Shown: piece by piece, positions 51,797-59,572 of the stretch | Layout of the letters: every line of letters starts with the position of its first letter | Numbering within the stretch: position 1 is the stretch's first letter | Source of the DNA: Lentimicrobiaceae bacterium | Lineage (GTDB): Bacteria; Bacteroidota; Bacteroidia; Bacteroidales; JAGONC01 | NCBI GenBank assembly: GCA_017993235.1 | Contig: JAGONC010000014.1 | Location: 7,149 to 71,148, forward strand | Reading direction: 5' to 3' | DNA length: 64,000 nucleotides | The notes under the pieces: generated by a model | What the model was told of the DNA's origin: nothing | The model's database searches: none | The model's input: only the letters and a program-made list of their open reading frames with translations | Translations under genes and position numbers: made by a program

Positions 51797-52726
51797 TCAG
51801 GCTGCTTTCTTCTCTTGCGGGAGGATATTGACCTCGGCGATGGATCCTTGCCGTATGACCTTTACTGTGACCTGCTTTAAAATCCGGTCGCTGGTAAGAA
51901 GCCTGAACAGGGAGGAGGTGGTGGTGATAGGATTACCATCCAGTTCAATAAGAATATCCCCTTTCTGAAGGTTGGCCATGGCTGCCGGGGAGGGAGAATC
52001 CACACCTGTAATGAGGAGTCCTTTGGTGGAAACCAGTTTATGGAAACTGATCGTGCGGGGGTGTAACTCTATCTCCTGGATCAGTATCCCAAGATAGGCC
52101 TTTCTGACCTTTCCCTCCCGGATCAGATGCTCGGCTACTTCTTTTGCCGTGTTGATGGCAATGGCAAAGCTCAGTCCCTGGGAACCCTGTATGATGGCGG
52201 TATTGATGCCGATCACCAAACCATCGGTGTTGATCAGGGGTCCCCCCGAACTGCCAGGATTCAGGGGTGCGTCGGTCTGAAGAACATTGTCAATGGGCCT
52301 TCCGCTGGCCGTCCGCAGCGTTCGTCCCACAGCGCTGAGCACACCCGTCGATACCGAATGCTGGTACCCCAGCGGATTACCGATGGCAACCAGGAACTGC
52401 CCGATCTGAAGTTCATCCGAATCACCAAGCTCGGCGACCGAAAAACCCCCGTTCAACAGTTTGATGATGGCAATATCGGAGTCCGGATCCTTGCCGGTGA
52501 GCTCTGCATTCACTACTGTCCCGTCAAGGAGGGTGACCCGCAGGTTTTCGCCGACCGATAGGACATGGCTGTTGGTAAAGGTCAGACCATCGCTGGAAAA
52601 CACAAAGCCGGATCCCGTTCCGGCATGCTCAGTGCGGTTTCCTCTCTTCCTGTACACATCGATTTTGACAACTGAATTCTTTACTTTTTGTATGGATCCG
52701 ATAATGATCCTTGAAAATTCATCCAT
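51797..52726 (-). CDS. S1C (HtrA/DegP-like) serine protease with PDZ domain
   Basis: TNSHV (His), DIAIIK (Asp) and GSSGGPL (Ser). C-terminal PDZ-like GDILIELDG. Confidence 0.85.
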   Translation of the reverse strand: MDEFSRIIIGSIQKVKNSVVKIDVYRKRGNRTEHAGTGSGFVFSSDGLTFTNSHVLSVGENLRVTLLDGTVVNAELTGKDPDSDIAIIKLLNGGFSVAELGDSDELQIGQFLVAIGNPLGYQHSVSTGVLSAVGRTLRTASGRPIDNVLQTDAPLNPGSSGGPLINTDGLVIGINTAIIQGSQGLSFAIAINTAKEVAEHLIREGKVRKAYLGILIQEIELHPRTISFHKLVSTKGLLITGVDSPSPAAMANLQKGDILIELDGNPITTTSSLFRLLTSDRILKQVTVKVIRQGSIAEVNILPQEKKAA

Positions 52727-52753
52727 AAGATGATTTAATAGGGATTTGATGAG

Positions 52754-52772
52754 GGATTGAAGGGATCAATCC
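52754..52772 (-). terminator. Candidate terminator hairpin after the PD40-repeat gene
   Basis: GGATTGA-aggga-TCAATCC, a 7-bp stem, within a run of AGGGATT words. Confidence 0.35.
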
Positions 52773-52823
52773 ATAGGCCAAATCATCAGGAATGACAAAA
52801 AGGCAGGAACCGTTAAACCGTGT

Positions 52824-53855
52824 TTACTTTTTCAGCTTCTTGATAAGGGTGTGGGTTTCGATCCAGTAGATATCGCAGCTGCCGTTGAGCGGAATGCCTC
52901 TTCCCTGCAATGAACCGGCGGAAGTAGCATATGGCCTGATGCCGGTATCGATCAGTTCCGAGGGATCCGTGAACTGCCGGGGATTGCCGTTGGTGCAAAA
53001 GAAGAAATACTTGCCACCAGGGGTTATGTGCGGCGAATATTCATCACCGGAAGTGTTTATCCCCGGCCCCAGATTGACAGGTTTACTCCAGCTATCATCC
53101 TCATCGCGGAAACTGATGTAATAATCACTCCTGCCATAGGATGAATCGCTACGGTATGCGCAAAAGATCAGGTAACTCTCGTCAGGAGCGATGCAGGCAT
53201 TGAAGGGATTTTCGGGTCCGTTGATGATATCGGGCAATTTCTCGGGTTCGCTGAACTTTCCCTCAATTCTCCTGCTCCTGAAAATGTCAGACCGGTCGTT
53301 CAGTTCATCACTTCTTCCGAAATACAGGGTGCCATCCCGGGTAACAGAAGGGAAAAATTCCATTTGATCCGTATTGACAGGAGCTCCAATGGGTTGTGGC
53401 TCCATCCAGCCTTCCATTGTACTATACGTGTACCAGATATTAAAATCTCTCTTATTAAAGGATTTTCCTTCGGACGGCCGATTGGAGATAAAATACAATC
53501 CATGCCCATAGGTGGAGAAAATGGGCTCAGCATCATCATATCTGCCTGAAAAAGAAGCCACTTTAGGTTCGGTCCACCTGCCATCGTACTCTTCCGAGTG
53601 AAAGATAGTATATACAGAATCAATGATCCGGGTGAAAAAGAATTCTTTTCCATCATTTACAAAGGCGGCATCCCGTTCTTCCATCCCGGTGCTGATGATG
53701 CCTGGTGCAAACATCCTGACCGTATCCCCCGGCAGTTTCTGGCCCAGGTAGATGCCCTGAAGGTCAGGGAAGGCATTTGACTCTTTTTCGCGATGGGGAT
53801 TTGAGCAAGCGGACAGAATCAACAGAGCGATGGGAAGGATAATTTTGTAATTCAT
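52824..53855 (-). CDS. PD40/WD40-like beta-propeller repeat lipoprotein (TolB-like fold)
   Basis: Lipobox LILSAC. Repeated ...YFISNRP.., LYFGRSD.., LIFCAYRSD...DYYISF, SPHITPGGKYFFF motifs are typical of PD40 repeats. Confidence 0.7.
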   Translation of the reverse strand: MNYKIILPIALLILSACSNPHREKESNAFPDLQGIYLGQKLPGDTVRMFAPGIISTGMEERDAAFVNDGKEFFFTRIIDSVYTIFHSEEYDGRWTEPKVASFSGRYDDAEPIFSTYGHGLYFISNRPSEGKSFNKRDFNIWYTYSTMEGWMEPQPIGAPVNTDQMEFFPSVTRDGTLYFGRSDELNDRSDIFRSRRIEGKFSEPEKLPDIINGPENPFNACIAPDESYLIFCAYRSDSSYGRSDYYISFRDEDDSWSKPVNLGPGINTSGDEYSPHITPGGKYFFFCTNGNPRQFTDPSELIDTGIRPYATSAGSLQGRGIPLNGSCDIYWIETHTLIKKLKK

Positions 53856-53959
53856 AGTTATTTGTGGTTATTTGCTTTCATTCGTGAACCTTTATTATGA
53901 TGTAGCTGGAAGAACGAAAATAAACAACTTTGCAGAATATTCAAAATATAGAAATGTTT

Positions 53960-53967
53960 TAATTTTG
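53960..53967 (+). promoter_or_regulatory. Candidate -7 promoter box TAATTTTG
   Basis: 30 nt upstream of the ATG at 53998. It lies inside the longer TTG-initiated track ORF. Confidence 0.4.
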
Positions 53968-53997
53968 GATGTATTGCAGCAATCATTTTTGTGCAGC

Positions 53998-54444
53998 ATG
54001 GCTTCTTTTAAGCAGCACTGCGCTTTTACCATATGGCTTGCTTCACAGATGCAGGATCCGCACGGTATACTCACCACAGGCACCGATCGTCCGGCCATGG
54101 GTAATCTTGGGAAGATAACCTGCCTGGAGGATTTGCCCTCTGACCCTATCCTGATCGGGTACCTCAGGGACGCGGTGGAATTGATCGAAAAGGGGACTAA
54201 ACTGGTAAAAAAGGAAACGGCAAGTAAGTCTAAAGAGCTGGTGATCCCTGATTATCTTCAGCATGAACTTGCTCTTCATCCAAAAGCTTTGCAGACATTC
54301 AATCAGTTCTCCTATTCCAATAAGAAGGAATATGTGGAATGGATCAAAGATGCCAAAACAGAAGAAACCCGCAGGAGACGACTGGCCACTGCCATTGACT
54401 GGCTGACCGAAGGTAAACCCCACAACTGGAAATATCTTAAATAA
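53998..54444 (+). CDS. DUF1801/YdeI (OmpD-associated)-family protein
   Basis: C-terminal FNQFSYSNKKEYVEWIKDAKTEETRRRRLATAIDWLTEGK is the YdeI signature. N-terminal MASFKQHCAF... is DUF1801-like. The ATG at 53998 is preferred over TTG 53872 because of the promoter box. The N-terminus looks shorter than I expect for the family. Confidence 0.65.
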   Translation: MASFKQHCAFTIWLASQMQDPHGILTTGTDRPAMGNLGKITCLEDLPSDPILIGYLRDAVELIEKGTKLVKKETASKSKELVIPDYLQHELALHPKALQTFNQFSYSNKKEYVEWIKDAKTEETRRRRLATAIDWLTEGKPHNWKYLK

Positions 54445-54448
54445 ATAT

Positions 54449-54476
54449 CTCTCCTCTCTCCTTTCTCCTCTCTCCT
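54449..54476. repeat. CT-rich heptamer array x4 between convergent genes
   Basis: CTCTCCT CTCTCCT TTCTCCT CTCTCCT, between the YdeI-like stop (54444) and the trkH stop (54482). Confidence 0.85.
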
Positions 54477-54481
54477 CTCAG

Positions 54482-56290
54482 CTACCCGACCATCATCTTG
54501 ATTTCGGGGTACAGGTAATGAGTGGAAATGATGGGGCGGCTGAGGAACAATGCCATGGTAAGCGGCCCGATCCTTCCGATGAACATACTGAATATAATGA
54601 TGGTCTTTCCTGCATCAGAAAGCAGCGGGGTGATGCCTGTCGAAAGTCCGACGGTGCCAAAGGCCGACACTTCTTCAAAGGCCAGGTGTAGGAACCGCAT
54701 ATCGGGTTCAGTGAAAGATAACAGAAATACAGAAGTGAAAATAAGAAACAGGGCAAACAAGGCTATCGCATACGCTTTATCAATCAATGAAAAGGCAATG
54801 GTGTGATGATGGGTTTCCACATTCCTCTTGCCCCGTATGGTCGCATAGGCCGTTTTCAGAATAATGGCGAATGTAGTAGTCTTGATACCACCTCCGGTTC
54901 CTCCGGGAGATGCTCCAACATACATCAAAAAGATGAAAAATATCAGGACGGGTTGGGTGATGGATGCAAAATCCACCGTATTAAATCCGGCTGTTCTGGC
55001 AGTCACCGACTGAAATAGGCTGGTCACAATGAATCCTTTTGTACTCATCCCAGATAAGGTATTACTATGCTCTGCATAAATGAAGACCGCCATACCGGCC
55101 AGAATCAGCAAGAGTGAAACTTTTAGAACCAGCCGGGAAGGAATGGAAAGGTATTTCCAGGGTTTGAGAAGTTTTTTCCAGCTGGTGAACAGGGCCAGCA
55201 ATTCTTCCAATGTGGCAAAACCAATGCCTCCAAGAAAGATTAACATGGCAATCCAGATATGCAGGTTATACGACTGTGCTACCCATTGCTGCATTAAATT
55301 ATAGGAAAAAAGGGAAAATCCTGCATTATTGAAAGCCGAAATACTGTGGAATAGGGAGAAGAAAACCCGTTGGGCGGGGGTTGCAAAGACGATCTGGTCA
55401 TGCCAGCTGAAGAAGATCAGCACCGTTCCGAGCAATTCAATGATGATGCTGAAATACACAATCCTCCTCAACAGGTCGCGCGTATCGGAAAGCCGTCCGG
55501 TACTGAGAAAATCTTTCAGAATGGATTGATATTTAACACTTTCTGAACGATAGAACGTTGAAAAGAAGGTGGCAAAAGATACGATATTGATCCCTCCCAG
55601 CTGAATGAGGATCATGATGATGATCTGGCCTTTTAACGTAAAATGGGTGGCCGTATCAACGGTCGACAATCCTGTAACGCAACTCGCACTGGTTGAAGTG
55701 AATAATGCATCCACAAAGCGGATCCCGGAGTGGGTCATCTCCGGCAGCAGCAATAACAGTGTGCCGGCCGAGATCAATATTACGAATGAAAGAGTCATCA
55801 AAGCGGATGGACCCAGCTCGAACAGCCTTAGCTTATGACTTGCCTTCCCCGTCTCCATTCCAACAATGATAAAAAAGTACAGCTGGACAAACAGCAGGGC
55901 GTAGGGTCTGATATCGAATCCCAGTGTATTACTTACAAAATTGATGATCGGAAGATTAAAGATCTGGTATAATAATGCAATCAGAAGTATGAAAAGCAAG
56001 ATCAGCGCTTCGGTCAGATTCTCCCGGATATAGCGGCCCGGATGGAAATCATAGAAAATATGCGTGAGAAATTTAAAAATATAAAAGCCAATGCTCAGGG
56101 TGATAATGATACTGACAATGGAAGTGGCTTCACTGGTTTTCGGATAACCGTAATAGTAAAGGATACTGGCGATCGTTACAAGCGAAACCAGGAGGGAGGC
56201 GATCCGTAGACAACGCAGAACCAGATTTTTATGGGTAAATAAACGAACATTGATCCGTTCCCTGATCCTGTTAATGAAGGCGTTGTTCAT
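54482..56290 (-). CDS. trkH: TrkH/KtrB-family potassium transporter
   Basis: 602 aa. Repeated M1-P-M2 units with selectivity-filter-like GFN/GGI segments. Adjacent to trkA. Confidence 0.88.
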   Translation of the reverse strand: MNNAFINRIRERINVRLFTHKNLVLRCLRIASLLVSLVTIASILYYYGYPKTSEATSIVSIIITLSIGFYIFKFLTHIFYDFHPGRYIRENLTEALILLFILLIALLYQIFNLPIINFVSNTLGFDIRPYALLFVQLYFFIIVGMETGKASHKLRLFELGPSALMTLSFVILISAGTLLLLLPEMTHSGIRFVDALFTSTSASCVTGLSTVDTATHFTLKGQIIIMILIQLGGINIVSFATFFSTFYRSESVKYQSILKDFLSTGRLSDTRDLLRRIVYFSIIIELLGTVLIFFSWHDQIVFATPAQRVFFSLFHSISAFNNAGFSLFSYNLMQQWVAQSYNLHIWIAMLIFLGGIGFATLEELLALFTSWKKLLKPWKYLSIPSRLVLKVSLLLILAGMAVFIYAEHSNTLSGMSTKGFIVTSLFQSVTARTAGFNTVDFASITQPVLIFFIFLMYVGASPGGTGGGIKTTTFAIILKTAYATIRGKRNVETHHHTIAFSLIDKAYAIALFALFLIFTSVFLLSFTEPDMRFLHLAFEEVSAFGTVGLSTGITPLLSDAGKTIIIFSMFIGRIGPLTMALFLSRPIISTHYLYPEIKMMVG

Positions 56291-56316
56291 GGGAAAAATG
56301 GATAGAAAAGGCGATA

Positions 56317-57012
56317 TCAGTCGTTGATCTCGATGAATCGGTCGATATCCTTATTTTTACCAAATACCACCAGAAAGTCTTTTTCATCGATAACCGTTTT
56401 GGAATCCGGCACTCCGGCGATATGCTGTTCAACCACCGGCTCGTCATCCACCTTTACGATCATTTCTTTTTTTATCGTTACCAGGCTCAATCGGTAGCGG
56501 TCACGCAGGTCAATGTCATCGAGAGTACGGCCCACACAACGCTTGGGAGCAATGAGTTCCGCGATCCGGTAATCATCCGGTAACTGAAGGTACGATACCA
56601 GGTTGGGATTTAAAAGCCGTTCTGCCACGATAATCCCTACTTCATCTTCCGGTGAAAATATCTCCTTGATTCCCAATTGCATAAGAATCCGATTCTGTGC
56701 GGCTCCTCTGGCCCGGGCAATGATCCTCTTGATTCCAAGATCCATCAGGGTAACAATGCATAAAAGCTCCTGTTCAAAATTACCTCCGATAGCGACAACA
56801 ACGGTATGGTAATCCTTGATATCCTGCGAAAGAAGCGCTTTTTTATCGGTTGCATCCAGTGCAACGGCATAGGCAACTTCATCGGAAATGGATTCCACCA
56901 GATCTCCCTGAATATCGATCGCCATCACCTCTGCACCGCTTTTGGACAACGACCGGGCAATCGCCCCGCCAAACTGACCAATCCCAATAACCGCGTATTT
57001 CTGCCTGTTCAT
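56317..57012 (-). CDS. trkA: TrkA/KtrA potassium uptake regulatory protein
   Basis: Rossmann motif VIGIGQFGGAIARSL plus a C-terminal TrkA-C domain. 231 aa. Confidence 0.88.
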   Translation of the reverse strand: MNRQKYAVIGIGQFGGAIARSLSKSGAEVMAIDIQGDLVESISDEVAYAVALDATDKKALLSQDIKDYHTVVVAIGGNFEQELLCIVTLMDLGIKRIIARARGAAQNRILMQLGIKEIFSPEDEVGIIVAERLLNPNLVSYLQLPDDYRIAELIAPKRCVGRTLDDIDLRDRYRLSLVTIKKEMIVKVDDEPVVEQHIAGVPDSKTVIDEKDFLVVFGKNKDIDRFIEIND

Positions 57013-57213
57013 GGGCTTTATAAAAAATGACAGGCAAAAGTAATACTAAAATACCCGGATTATTCGCCTTATGATGAAAAAATTATTTATGCAATTTCTT
57101 CAGCAACAGGATATTTAAGCTTATCCTGGGTGTGGTAGATGGCTGCAAAAGAAACACTTACCCAGAGGGGTGAAAATGGAACGGATCAATATCATCAGGA
57201 GTTTAAAAAAATG

Positions 57214-57221
57214 TAATTTTG
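57214..57221 (+). promoter_or_regulatory. Candidate -7 promoter box TAATTTTG
   Basis: 37 nt upstream of the ATG at 57259. This argues against the TTG start at 57226. Confidence 0.4.
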
Positions 57222-57258
57222 AAGATTGATTACCATTATAAATCCAAATTTTTTTATT

Positions 57259-59532
57259 ATGAAAATGATCTGGAAACCTCTATTTATCATTAGCGTTACT
57301 ATATGCATTTGCCTGTATTCTTCTGCACCCGCAACTGCTCAGGAAAAGCAGGAAGATCCTTCGCTCCTGTCCATCGATCGGATTTTCAACTCCATGGACT
57401 TCATGATGGACCGCGTGATGCCTATCCGCTGGATTGAAGGAGGAAATGCCTATACGACCTTCGAAAGGTCGGAAACAGTGAAATTCGGACGGAATGTCAT
57501 TCGCTATGAAAGTTCGACCGGAGAAAAAAGCATACTGGTGGAAGCAGAAAAATTCATTCCACAAGGTGAGGAAAATCCATTATCCTTTGACGACCTGGCC
57601 TGGTCGGAGGATCGCTCAAAACTCCTGTTGTTTACCAATACAAAGCGCGTCTGGCGTTCCAATACCAGGGGTGACTACTGGTTGCTGGACAGGGAAAGCG
57701 GGAGTCTTTCCCAACTGGGTCAGGGGCTTCCGGAATCGTCGCTGATGTTTGCCAAATTCTCTCCTGATGGAACAAAAGTAGCTTATGTCTCCAAAAACAA
57801 TATCTATACAGAAGACCTCTCCAACCACCGTATCACTCAGCTGACCTTCGACGGGACAGAGACAATGATCAATGGAACGTTCGACTGGGTCTATGAAGAG
57901 GAGTTCCACTGCAGGGATGGATTTTCCTGGAGCCCCGACGGAACACGCATTGCCTTCTGGCAGCTGGATGCCTCAGGGATCAGGACATTTTATATGATCA
58001 ACAATACCGATTCACTGTATCCGTTCACTATCCCGGTTCAGTATCCCAAGGTTGGCGAACCGCCTTCCTCATGCCGCATAGGTGTCATTCCTTCAGAGGG
58101 CGGAAAAGTGACCTGGCTGGAAATCCCGGGTGATACGCAGGACCACTACCTGCCCAGGATGATGTGGACACAGGAAACCGGGCAGATCCTTGTCCAGCAG
58201 CTGAACAGAAAACAGAATACCAACCGGTTGTGGCTCTGCAACAGCAGCAACGGAAGGGCCGACAACATCTTTACCGACGAGGATGATGCCTGGCTGGATG
58301 TGGTTGATGACTGGCGCTGGATCGATAAAGGGAAAGCATTCCTGTGGATCAGTGAGCGTGACGGCTGGCGCCATGCATACCGGATTGAGGTCAGGGACGG
58401 AAAATCATCGCTGATCACAAAAGGTGATTATGATGTCATCTCCGTCAAAGGTATCGATCCTGAAGAGGAGTACCTTTACTTCATTGCGTCACCCGAAAAT
58501 GCCACCCAGCGTTATTTGTACCGTACACTGATGGACGGGACGAGAAAACCTGAGCTTCTGTCACCGGAAAACATGTCGGGAACGCACAGCTACAATATGT
58601 CACCCAACACGCATTTCGCTTACCATACTTTTTCCAATGCAAACACGCCCCCTGTCACCTCGATGATATCCCTTCCGAATCATAAAGTTCTTCGAATAAT
58701 AGCTGATAATCAACATTTTAAAGAAGTAATTTCAAAAATTAAAAACCAGCCAAGGGAATTTTTTAAGGTAAAAACATCCGAGGGGGTTGAAATGGACGGA
58801 TGGATGATGAAACCCCCGGATTTTAATCCGAAACGTAAATATCCTGTTCTGTTCAGTGTTTACGGCGAACCCTGGGGCCAGACAGCAACTGATTCCTGGG
58901 ACTATGACCTCCTCTGGAATATGCTTATCGCCCAGAAAGGCTATATCGTAATGACCATGGATAACCGGGGCACTCCCTGTCCAAAGGGGCGCGAATGGCG
59001 AAAATCCATTTACCGGAAAATCGGTGTCATCAATGCCAGGGATCAGGCACTGGCAACGAGGGAAATTACCCGGTGGAAGTTCGTTGATCCGGATCGGATC
59101 GCAGTATGGGGCTGGAGTGGCGGAGGATCCATGACCCTTAACCTGATGTTCCGTTACCCTGAAATATACCAGACTGGCATGGCCGTGGCGCCGGTTACCA
59201 ATGAGCTCCTGTACGACAACATCTACCAGGAGCGCTACATGGGTCTGATACCCGAAAACCTGGCCGACTTCATTGAAGGATCACCCATCACCTACGCGAA
59301 AAACCTGGAAGGGAACCTCCTGATCGTTCATGGCACCGGAGATGATAATGTCCATTATCAAAACACCGAACAGCTCGTCAATGAACTGGTGAAGAACAAT
59401 AAGCAGTTCCAGGTCATGCCCTACCCCAACCGGTCACACGGGATCTATGAAGGGGAGAATACCTCACGGCACCTCTATACCCTGTTGCTGGATTATCTCC
59501 TGGAACATACTGAGCCGGGGGGGAGGAAATAG
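57259..59532 (+). CDS. S9B dipeptidyl-peptidase IV
   Basis: Signal peptide MKMIWKPLFIISVTICI. DPPIV N-terminal propeller (TFDWVYEEEF). Catalytic WGWSGGGSM, GTGDDNVH and NRSHG. Confidence 0.9.
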   Translation: MKMIWKPLFIISVTICICLYSSAPATAQEKQEDPSLLSIDRIFNSMDFMMDRVMPIRWIEGGNAYTTFERSETVKFGRNVIRYESSTGEKSILVEAEKFIPQGEENPLSFDDLAWSEDRSKLLLFTNTKRVWRSNTRGDYWLLDRESGSLSQLGQGLPESSLMFAKFSPDGTKVAYVSKNNIYTEDLSNHRITQLTFDGTETMINGTFDWVYEEEFHCRDGFSWSPDGTRIAFWQLDASGIRTFYMINNTDSLYPFTIPVQYPKVGEPPSSCRIGVIPSEGGKVTWLEIPGDTQDHYLPRMMWTQETGQILVQQLNRKQNTNRLWLCNSSNGRADNIFTDEDDAWLDVVDDWRWIDKGKAFLWISERDGWRHAYRIEVRDGKSSLITKGDYDVISVKGIDPEEEYLYFIASPENATQRYLYRTLMDGTRKPELLSPENMSGTHSYNMSPNTHFAYHTFSNANTPPVTSMISLPNHKVLRIIADNQHFKEVISKIKNQPREFFKVKTSEGVEMDGWMMKPPDFNPKRKYPVLFSVYGEPWGQTATDSWDYDLLWNMLIAQKGYIVMTMDNRGTPCPKGREWRKSIYRKIGVINARDQALATREITRWKFVDPDRIAVWGWSGGGSMTLNLMFRYPEIYQTGMAVAPVTNELLYDNIYQERYMGLIPENLADFIEGSPITYAKNLEGNLLIVHGTGDDNVHYQNTEQLVNELVKNNKQFQVMPYPNRSHGIYEGENTSRHLYTLLLDYLLEHTEPGGRK

Positions 59533-59572
59533 ATATCAGATATCAGATATCAGATATCAGATATCAGATATC
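59531..59572. repeat. Six perfect tandem AGATATC heptamers between convergent genes
   Basis: (AGATATC)x6. It starts 1 nt inside the TAG stop of DPP-IV and supplies the last codons and TGA stop (...TDI*) of the minus-strand gene. Confidence 0.95.

Noticed and set aside
57071-57118. 15-codon mini-ORF (MMKKLFMQFLQQQDI) upstream of DPP-IV
   Set aside because: It lies upstream of the candidate -7 box for DPP-IV, so it would not be in that mRNA. It is too short to support without conservation data.
59531-59572. Could the tandem arrays be CRISPR or a minisatellite-type phase-variation switch?
   Set aside because: They are not CRISPR, because the 7-10-nt units have no spacers and there are no cas genes. 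Classical phase variation is also unlikely for the GATATCA arrays, because stops occur in all frames and the arrays sit at 3' ends. I kept them as an unexplained repeat phenomenon instead.
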